Source: Hydrolagus colliei
Taxonomy: Eukaryota
Direction of reading: 5' to 3'
Assembly: GCA_035084275.1 (NCBI GenBank)
Contig: CM068761.1
Span: forward strand, 372,001 to 436,000
DNA: 64,000 nt
Within the stretch, counting starts at the first letter, position 1; every line of letters begins with the position of its first letter. A program made the translations under genes and the position numbers. The notes below the pieces were generated by a model. It did not search any database. It was given only the letters and a program-made list of their open reading frames with translations, and had not been told where the DNA came from. Below are positions 13,251 through 22,715 of the stretch, piece after piece.

Positions 13251-14409
13251 GTAAGAGGCCGACCCGAAATAATCAGTCACAGCTGCCAAAAGGCAATTAA
13301 ACAAACGGCTGACATCTGAAACGCACGGTACTTTGGTCAGAAGACAGCTGGAGCTCTGGTCACTGCCACATCGGGCGGGCGGGTTGGGAGATGGTGAATG
13401 GGTGTGAAACTGGAATGACTGATTCTCACCCAGAATAGCATTCTATGGGTTTTACCAAACTCTGCCACCCATTGTCTCCTCAGAGATGGTTTGAAGGATT
13501 GGTGGCGGGGAGTAGTTCTAAAGACAAACGATAATTATTCTATCCAAGCAATACCAGCCAGCCAGCCTCTTTACTGTATGCAAGCTTCCTGATGATTTGT
13601 TTGTTCAAAATTAGAATGAATACATTTAGAAAATTACCCTGTTGCAGCAAACCGCAGTGCAATTTATTATTTCCAGTACATGGACCTCATTGATCTTTGC
13701 AGGTTTATACGTGACTTGGAGGCAATGAGAGAAAGGGCCTGAACCAGATTGGGGTGTGGGGGAGGGGGCTGGGGAGGGAGTGGAGGGGGGTTCCAGGGCA
13801 GCCCTGCCGAAGTACATCCATCATCTCGCCAAGTCGCTGGTGCGTAACCGCACTCCGTATGTTCCTCTGATTGCCTAATAGCTTTTATTCTGAGGTCTTC
13901 TTGGCAAGATGTCAGAGGAAATAAATGACACGAGCAGCAATTAATTGAAAGTGGTAACATTTCTCACTCGGTGGAACCGAGATCCTCCAGCATTGGCTTA
14001 CTGTGTTTTCATATCCGACCCGTTAAATAACAAAATTCCCAGATTGGGGATTTCCCCGGATTGGTGGATCTGTTAAAGCCAATGATCGGAGAGGACGGAG
14101 GGCAAGGTTAAAGCTGTCCTCCTGCCTGCTTGCCCTGCAGGACTGTAACACAGGCACACAGTCTGTAAGATATCAGCCAAGGCTTCAAGGACAGAGCTGC
14201 AGGCTCGCAGGACAAACTAGTCAACAAGTCTACACACACACACACACACATTGTCACACAAAATACAGTGACAAAGGAATGCATTGCATAATACCAGAAT
14301 GCGGCAGAATATATTGTTTTGATTGAAGTAAGAACCTGTCTGATGAGCACAAGTTAATGCTAGAAATTATTTTAAAAGACATTTGCTTTACGCAGTCACC
14401 AGAAACATG

Positions 14410-14703
14410 GTGGTTAACCAATGGTTATAGCACTCGCCTTACAAGCAAGAGATCTGGGTTCGATTCCTGAACAGGGTGAAACCTGGGCCAAGTTTCCTTA
14501 CTCCACATGCCTGGTAATCCTTCAAAAAAAATCTGTCATTTTCAATCCACGACTGTTTGTGGGGACACTGCTGTGCGCAATCGGCTGCCACATTTCGCTC
14601 GCAAAATATACAGTCAATTCACTTTACAGTATATTCTGTGAAGCGCTTTGAGACGTCTAAAACACATGTAAGGCATTAAATCAAAGGATTATTATTATTA
14701 TTA
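14410..14703 (+). mobile_element. Full-length tRNA-derived SINE
   Basis: Head tggttatagcactcgccttacaagc, B-box ggttcgattcc at about 14457-14467, family body and (att)n tail. Confidence 0.9.
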
Positions 14704-15069
14704 AACATCATGTGAAGCAGAGCACAAACCGTGCTGTGGTAACAATGTGATGGAGGAACCTAACCTTTCCTTTGATGCTCAGATCAGTTTTGACTATTTA
14801 AACACCATTACTATACACCATAAATCTTGGATCAAGACCTTTCAAACTAAATGCCTATCAAGAAAACTGAACTTTAAAGGGAAATGGGTTCAAATGAAGA
14901 CGCATACAGCTCTGTGCAACAAGCAATTATACATTTTCTTTTGAGCGAGATCGAGAAAGATTCGATCAAATAATTTTCGTGGAATGTCTTTTTCATGGAA
15001 TGACTAACTCCCCCCTCCTCCCCCACCCCAACAGTTGCCGTCTCCTCTCCTCTCAGTTTTTTCTAAAAG

Positions 15070-15357
15070 CCAAAGGAATTAAGGGTTATGGGAGCAGGGC
15101 GGGTAAATGGAATTAGGATGCAACAACAACAACAACTTGGATTTATACAGTGCCCTCCACGTCAGACAGCGCCTCAGAGCGCTTCCCAATAACGGATCAG
15201 GTTAGAGGATCAGCCTTGATCTTATTAACAACAACAACAACAAAATTACATTTATAGTGCACCTTTCACGTCGGGAGGACTTCCTATTAAATGGCGGGGT
15301 CAACTCGAGGGGCTGAATGGCCTACTCCTGCTCCTACTTCTTATGTTCTTATGTTCT
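15070..15357 (+). mobile_element. CR1 3' end interrupted by two antisense L2-type tail insertions (15121-15190, 15229-15284)
   Basis: CR1 pieces aagggttatggg...gatcagccttgatcttatt...atggcgg...gggctgaatggcctactcctgctcctacttcttatgttcttatgttct. The inserts begin with (caa)n, and the second is flanked by a tattaa duplication (15223-15228 / 15285-15290). Confidence 0.8.
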
Positions 15358-15374
15358 CTCCTCCTGGCACCCAG

Positions 15375-15492
15375 GACCCCTGCTATGATTGGCTGTTCGT
15401 TCGTGGTTCACCGGCAGTACTTTGAGGAGATCGGCCTCCTGGACGCGGGGATGGAGGTTTACGGGGGAGAGAACATTGAGCTGGGCATGCGG
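15375..15492 (+). CDS. GALNT9: GALNT9 coding exon (likely exon 6), Gal/GalNAc-T motif
   Basis: Not in the ORF track; read by hand. Acceptor ggcacccag|G and donor CGG|gtgagt at 15493. 118 nt, phase 2->0. Translates TPAMIGCSFVVHRQYFEEIGLLDAGMEVYGGENIELGMR. Confidence 0.97.
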
Positions 15493-16356
15493 GTGAGTAA
15501 GACAAACAATACTGTCTGAGAAGAGAGCAGGGATTGAACTATAGATTTCATATTTGTCTGTCTTTTATGGAATCAGCACAATGCTTATTGATTCATCATC
15601 CCCGGCCATAGGATACAGCCAGTTGGATTCATTACTCATATCGGTTGCACAAATCGATGGCTGCACCTAATAGACTGAAACTTTATAAATTTAGAGACTC
15701 ATTAAACTATTACAACAAATGTCACTTCTCCCCATTGAGCTATTGTGAGGAGATTGAACCTCCTCGGGGCCTCAGTCACTGCCTGCCCATGTTCTTCAAA
15801 CACAGCAAAGTGAGCGGGAAAGGTATTAACTACTAATGGAACATTAACAGATCTGCCGACATTGAAAATTATGAAACAGACTCAATTGGCCGGATGTTCC
15901 TAAAAAGAGTCTATCCAGACTTCACTGGGAGGGCCTCACTGTATACACCGGTTGGACCAGAGTTAATACATTGACAAACAATGTTCTGGACCTTTTAGTC
16001 CTGTCGTTTGCTCAGTTTATTAAGCTGTACTGGCTGCAGGTTGCACAGTAAATCCAGGCAGTAATTTCTAGCTGTCAGACTTTACTAAGTTCACCTTGCG
16101 ATTGCTGGGGGCTGTTAAGAAAATCACCATTCTCTTTCAGCTGTGTGCTCTTTCAAGTGACAAGGGCCACTGTGCCCAAGAGAAGCAGAACTTGATTGCG
16201 CTGTGGGAGAGACCTGTGCAGCTGTGATGGTGCCAGGTCAGACACAGAACCTTGAGAGGGAAGCGTAAATGTCACCGCTTGTGACATCTACGCAGCCTCA
16301 CTATTTAACAGAAGAACATAGGACAAGCATTGCTGTGTTCCTCTGTTAAATACATC

Positions 16357-17088
16357 AAACAACAACAAAATGACATTTATAAAACGCCCTTTCACATTGG
16401 GAGGACGTCCCAAGGCGCTGAACAGTCAGAGGTCGGGACCTGAGCAACGGGGAGGGACAGGGGAGGGGGGAGGGCAGGGCAAAGGGGGGGGTGGGAGGAC
16501 GGCTGAAGGCACGGTCGAAAAGGAGGATCTTGAGACCGGCCTTGAAGGAGCCAAGAGAGAAAACGCGGAGAAGGGATTGTGTGATGGGGTTCCAGAGCGT
16601 GGAGCAGAGAGGCTGAAAGCCCGTCCACCAATGGTAGGGCAGGTCGGGCGAGAGACATGGAGCAGACTGGAGCCCGCTGAACGGAGGGGACGGGCAGGTT
16701 GAATGGGAGTCAGCAGGTCAGAGAGGTAGGAGGGGGCAAGGCCGTGAATGGCCTTGATTGTGAGGATGAAGGTCTTGAATTTGATCGTCTGGGGGATGGG
16801 GAGCCAATGGAGCCGGGCGAGGGTGGGAGTGATGTGATCACGGAGCTTGGTGCGGGAGAGGACACGAGCTGAAGAGTTTTTGGATGATCTGCAGCTTGTA
16901 AAGGGAAGAGCTGGGAAGGCCGACGAGGAGGGGTTTCTCATTGTCGAGCTATGATGTGACAAATGCATGTTTGAGGATTTGAGGGGGTGAGGCAGTGGTG
17001 AAGTCTGGCAATGTTACGGAGGTGGTGGAAGGCAGTGCTTGTCATGGCGTGGATGTGGGGGAGAAAGGATAGTTCAGGGTCAAACAAG
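16357..17088 (-). mobile_element. 5'-truncated L2 LINE (ORF2 C-terminus plus 3' UTR and (gtt)n tail), frameshifted
   Basis: ORFs 16426-16968 and 16938-17174 give LFDPELSFLPHI...FHHLRNIARL and ARVLSRTKLRDHITPTLARLHWLPI..KFK..L..KAIHGLAPSYLSDLL, typical of the L2 ORF2 post-RT region. Confidence 0.92.
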
Positions 17089-18379
17089 TTCACAGAGCAG
17101 CAAATAATGTAGGTTATTGTCGAAGAGGTAGGTCTTATTATCATTTGTTGTTGTATATTCAGTTCATTCCCCAATCATAATGAATTTAAAATGAATGGAA
17201 TAGGAGAGGAGGGCAAGTGGGCAGGGAAGGAAGGCACATAAAGCTTTTTAGTCAATGTGACCGGCAGATTATTGGGGCCTCAGTGTAAATTGCACATTGA
17301 ACAGCTTGAGGTACTGCCATTTGGAAACATTTCTAAAAATGCTCAGAAACCATTAACCTTTAACAGATGACTTTAGGCCCTCATTAATACTCACTGGGAG
17401 TGAGATGGCCATGACAGGGACAGCTCCCCGGGATCTCAGGGCCCTCGGTCTTCACTGGTAATCCCTGGGGTCTCGAGCGCAGGAGGGTGGACAGGGACAG
17501 GGCACTGAGCCCCGCACAGCAGGAGCCGCTGGGGAAGGCTTTCATGTTGCACTTTTCTGCCATTCAACCATCCTTAATAATATCTCAGCATTCCCTCCCT
17601 GCCTCCCTCCCTCGTTGAATTCTCATTAAGGTATTGGATTGCTTTCTGAGATGGGTTTAACTGCAAACATGCAATGTGGGTAACCCCTGTGATGCTACCC
17701 TGCCTGAGAGGTGCTCTCTCTATATATATATAAGGTTGTTGTTTTACAAACAAGGCCAGCTCTGATAGGCAGCGGAGGCTTTCCAGATGACACAATGCTG
17801 GGCAGGTAGCAGGCTGTGCCTGTCAGGCTCTGTGAGGGGTGATCAGCAAATTGGAACAATTCATCCTCAACTATTTGAAGTGTGTGTATGTGTGTGTGGT
17901 GGGGGTGCTACTCCTCTGTGTTTCAGTTCACAACGCAAGGCCCTGTTTGGATGATAAAATGCGGGTGTTATAATTATTAAAAGTAACTGACGGACCTGTC
18001 AGACTGAGCATCATTCAGGTTTTAATGCAAGTTGCTGCCAACGCAAGAAGGTGGCTTGAAATATAATTTCCACGCACCAATAAATGATTCTCAACCGGAA
18101 CGGTCTAGCTCTACTGGCCTGCGAGAGGTTAGTACAAAATGAAATACTTGCACACGAGCAATAAAGAGAGTGGCTATTAAAAACATTCTAGTTTTATTCC
18201 CCGTCAGTGCTGAGCTCGGGTGGTTCAGCGTGTCCTCCACTGCTCCCAACAGAAAAAAATCAACAAAATATAAAAGAGACTTTTGCCCAGGTAAAGACAG
18301 AGGCTTGAGTGGGTGGGAGGGCTAATATATGGCAGTGGGATTGAACAAACATGTTGCTCTGAGAGCCACTGCAGACCTG

Positions 18380-18635
18380 ATAATAATGATAATAATCATT
18401 GCATGTTATACAGCACTATTCATGACTTCTAGACTGTGTCTCAAAGCGCTTCACAGACTGTAAAGTGAATTGACCGTATATTTGTGGGTAACACATGGCA
18501 GCCAATTTCCCACAGCAGCATTCCACAAACGGTAGTGGATTGAGTGACCAAATTACAATATTATTATTTTCTTTCTTGTGGAATTATTATTAGGCGTATG
18601 GAGTAAGGAAACCTGCCAAGGATTTGCCTTGCCAG
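18380..18635 (-). mobile_element. tRNA-derived SINE (head truncated)
   Basis: Family tail and body through ggagtaaggaaacctgcc. Confidence 0.85.
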
Positions 18636-19664
18636 GAGAGGTTCAAACCAAAATAATAAAGTCTATTCTTAAGATAACCAAAGTACAAGACCAATGCCTC
18701 TTCATGAAGTCAGTTTTTCAAACAGTTCAAAGCCTTCCACTATCAAACGTTGATAAACTGATGGAAATTGTCCAATGATAGACAGTTTCTGTTAAAGTCT
18801 ATCTTTTGGGGGAAAGGACGACAGAGTGATTCAGCTCAATGGATTTGAATTAACAGTAGTAAAAGCCATTAACCTCGGGTGCTTTAGAAGCCTTGTGGTT
18901 TCAGCTGTGTTTGAATTTACTGCACAGCTCAGAGACTCTCAGAGCAGAGCCTGCACCCAAATTACCAAAACAACCTAACTCACCCTCACTTCACAGCTAT
19001 TTGTGGGACATGTGCTGTGCCAGGTTTACTTCCCATGTTTTATTGCAAAATACACAGTCTCTATACTTTACATTATGGTAAATCTTATCAAACCCTATTC
19101 GGACTGACCTCCCCACTTGATATCAAATCAAGAGATTTTAAGGATTATTATTGACTCTTTAATTTACTACATATATATTTTGACCGAGAAAAAAAGGTTA
19201 TTTAAAATAATAAATGCAATTGAATTGCAGCCGTGGACTGTGGGGACAGTGTAGCGAGTGTTTTGTACAGGAGGCTGTCGCACATCGCGCAAACATTGCC
19301 GTTACCAGCTGTGACAGCCAAAGTCTTTAAGGGTTCAAGTGGGAACAAATTTTCATTTTCTTTCAGGCTTTCATGTCATTGCAACCTGTACTGACTGTAA
19401 TGAGGTTCAGTGACTTTGCACTGGGTCAGAACTCAGTTCCTTGTGACTGACTGACTCAGTTCCCTTGTGATTCCGGGGCCCTCCACAAGCAGTGTAACTG
19501 GGGCCCTGACACCCACAGACAGTCTGTGGATGAGCACGAATGAAGCTCTGAGGAGCTGTAAGTGAACATTGGGATCTGGAATGGCTCAAGCTATTTTGAG
19601 GAGTAACCCAGGCAGGCTGTGATATAGACAAGTGCTGCATACTCTCTCCTGCATCCAAATTGTG

Positions 19665-19953
19665 GAGTCCTGTAGCTCAGAGGACTCGCCTTACAACACC
19701 GGGTTTCAATTCCTGGCAGAGCGAAACCATGAGCAAGTTTCCTTACTTCACACGCCTAATTATAATCCATCAAAAAAAATTGGTAATTTCAATCCAAGAC
19801 TGTTTGTGGGGCGCTGCTGTGAGCAATTGGCTGCTGCGTTTCGCCCACATATATACAATCAATTCACTTTACAGTAGATTCCGTGAAGAGCTTTGAGACA
19901 TCTAGAAGACCATGAAAAGCGCTATATCAAATGCAAGGATTATTATTATTATT
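19665..19953 (+). mobile_element. Full-length tRNA-derived SINE
   Basis: gagtcctgtagctcag...ctcgccttacaa...gggtttcaattcc...atatcaaatgcaaggattattattattatt. Confidence 0.9.
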
Positions 19954-20599
19954 AAATGCCCTGTGATTCTGCCTCCACATTTGAACTCCATCCTGGAGGC
20001 TTGCCATTTCACTCTCTCCCTCCTGTCTCAAAACCTACCTGACTTGACTGTGCTCATGAAAGATGGTGCACACATGTAAATGGGATTGTAAATTGTACTG
20101 TACAGTGATATAGATCAGCGCTGGATAATGTTACCACCATCACATGACTGGAATCAGACATAGCGTCTACCCTCTGTGCCAGCCTGATGTGAAGAGAACG
20201 GACACAGTTCGCATTTGCTCAGGTCTAATTGAAGCTTCACATTCACTCTTCCAAATGACAGAAAGCCATTAAGAGTTAATTGTTGCTGTAGAGTAATGAA
20301 TTAGGGCAAGGCATGCTGCACTAAAGAGACCGATTGGGTTTTATTAAACGTGTGTTCTGTTGTTGGGATCACATTTATCAGTGTCTGCTATTAGTATTGA
20401 TCGGTTCTTGATATAATTTTAAATGTCGATTTCCAATTAGATTAGCATATTTTCATTAAAACCTTTTGCTTTTTTTTCTTTGCAAATCTGTGCGATGACG
20501 AGGAAAGCGTAGGATGCATTGGCAGGGATTTGGCTGCTGTCAGTTTGCGTCTCACTGCATTAGGGAAACAGCTAAAACAGGCAGCGAGACAACAGGATA

Positions 20600-20962
20600 C
20601 AACAACAACAACTAAATGACATTTGTATAGTGCCTTTCATGTAAAGGGGACGTCCCAAGGCGTTGGACAGTTATTGATTCAGACCCAAGCTGACGACAGA
20701 GGTAGGGAGGGAAGGAGTTGCTGATGGGTCCTTCAAGGAGGCCAGGGGGGGGGCGAGGTGGAGGGATTTCGGGTTGGGGGCAGAGTGGCTGAAGGCTCAC
20801 ATGATAGGGTGCTACATAATAGTAAACCTTGCATTTGATATAGTGCCTTACCACGTCTTCGAGATGTCTCAAAGCGCTTTACAGAATGGACTGTAAAGTG
20901 AATTGACTGTATATTTTGTGGGTGATATCAAATGGAAGGATTATTATTATTATTGTTATTAT
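20600..20962 (-). mobile_element. L2 3' tail fragment (20600-20790) followed by SINE tail fragments (20815-20962)
   Basis: (aac)n...gacatttgtatagtgcctttcatgt...gacgtcccaaggcg, then ccttgcatttgatatagtgcc... Confidence 0.75.
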
Positions 20963-21852
20963 TGGCACGATGTGGTAGGTGAGAATAATGATTATCCTAG
21001 CTGAAAGTTGCACTGAACCCCACCTTTCCCATCAGGCAGGATGCTGCGGCAGATCACAGCAGGAACACAGCGCACATAAAGCATCTTTCTTTATGCCTTT
21101 GGAATGATATATTGACACATTAACAATGAGATAAATAGAATATTAACACGTTACCAGCCACCTAAAGGCATGCTTTAAGGGAGGGCTAATCCCTGAGAGG
21201 ATTTGAGTGTTGAATGATGTTTCCGAGGTGTGACCTGAAACACGTTGCGTTTGAATGGATTTACATCAAGTATTCCGCTAAAGTGCTTTGGACGTGGGTC
21301 AATGAATTCTGTCTTAATGTGAAAGATTTGCTGAGAATCTACAAGACTGAAACAATTGAGCCACAGGTTGGGGGCCCCCAAAACCCTTCGCAGGCAAACC
21401 CTGAACAGCTGGGGGGTCAGGCTGCCCTAGTTCTAGTCTCCACCTCGCTGAGGAGAGCGAGACAGTAAGAGGGAAAACACAAAGGCCAAACAATGAAGTT
21501 GAAATCAATGATGATCAGTAGGGAGGCGGTATATTGCACTTAATCTATCAGTAATGTGGCTTGGACTGTCCAAGTTACCCCTCTGTAATTAATAGCCTTC
21601 GGTTGCGAAGGCTCCCACCTGAACGCAGGAGCTCTCGTATGTCTATTGAGACAGTGAGTGAAACTGGCACTGCAGCTGACCAGATGGAAAGGCAGGCCTG
21701 CATCTCACACACCTGTGTGGCTCTCTCTTTAACCATTGACCATCCATTTGCATTGATCACAAGCCGCTCACACTGTGACGGCGGAGTGTGAGAGACAGTT
21801 TTCTGGGGCTTACAGTTTGTTAGGATTGTCTCGTGGAGAGGCCACAAAGGGG

Positions 21853-22097
21853 GAAAAAACACAGAAGTTGCTGGGGAAACTCAGCAGGTCAGGCAGCATC
21901 CATGGAGAGAGGAAAAGGAGTCAACATTTTGGGTCTGCAACCCTTCGTCAGAACTGTTCTGTTCTGACGAAGGGTTGTAAACCTGAAACGTTGACTCCTT
22001 TTCCTTTCTCCATGGATGCTGCCTGACCTGCTGAGTTTCCCCAATAACTTCTGTTTTTGTTTCACATTCCCAGCATCTGTAGTATTTTGTGTTTTGT
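21853..22097. mobile_element. Penelope-like fold-back (palindromic) repeat with hammerhead-ribozyme-like motifs
   Basis: Arms of about 100 bp (21853-21954 / 21961-22063) around a 6-nt spacer. The right arm contains CTGACGA-agggttgtaaacct-GAAACGTT, followed by gatgctgcctgacctgctgagtttcc, which I recognise as the shark Penelope-type terminal repeat. Confidence 0.8.
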
Positions 22098-22329
22098 TTG
22101 GTGTCTCTCTTGTGGTTCTGACAGGACAGCTCCGACAGAGACTGACTAGGGCATCCTTAATTGTCACAAGCAGCAACATTACCAACGCTTTCCCAGCAAA
22201 CCAAAAGAACCAAAGCTTAGAGAAAGGAATTGGAAATGACAGGGATTCTCTGCTTTGTTCGGGGTGGTGGGGGGTGCTGTATGCCTGTACCTGGTCTTTC
22301 AGGCGTGGTTTAATGTTAACAATAATCTT

Positions 22330-22715
22330 TGGATGTACCTTCCATGTCAGGAGGACATCTCATAGCACTTCACAGTATACTGTAAAGCATAGTGATTGTG
22401 TATTTTGAAGGCAAACGCAGAAGCCAATTTATCCCCAGCAAAGTGTCCCAAACAACCATGAAGTGTATAATGAATTGCACCCAGGGGCGGGTAGGGGGGG
22501 GGGGGGGGGGCTGGATTGTTAGTCAGGAAGCCGGGAGAAATTCCCTTCTCCTTTCATGTAGTGCCATGGGGGACCTTTGGGGCACCTGGACAGGCAGACA
22601 GGACATCCGTTTATCCGCTTCTCTAGTTTTACATTGTTTTAACATCTCATCTGGAATATGGCGTCTGATAATGGAGTGATTCCCCCCCAGCTCTGTGTTG
22701 GAGTGTCAGCCTGAA
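22330..22715 (-). mobile_element. Deu-domain SINE relic (SacSINE1/AmnSINE1-like)
   Basis: tagtgccatggg...cacctggacaggcagac...tttaacatctcatctggaa...ggagtgtcagcctg matches the reverse complement of the Deu core as I recall it, together with an L2-like tail. Confidence 0.65.

Noticed and set aside
13990-14086. Short inverted repeat cattggctt...aagccaatg
   Set aside because: Only 9 bp with no clear TSD or second copy in the window, so insufficient to call a MITE or structured RNA.
14410-14480. tRNA-like sequence with A- and B-boxes (also 12863-12904, 19665-19715, 5340-5395)
   Set aside because: No complete cloverleaf or acceptor stem, and each copy is associated with a SINE body. These are SINE heads, not tRNA genes.
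16426-16968. Longest ORF in the track (180 aa, minus strand)
   Set aside because: Frameshifted L2 ORF2 remnant running into the C-rich 3' UTR, not a host gene.
21775-22185. Near-identical peptides on both strands (QKLLGKLSRSGSIHGERKRSQ...)
   Set aside because: Artefact of the DNA palindrome; not coding.
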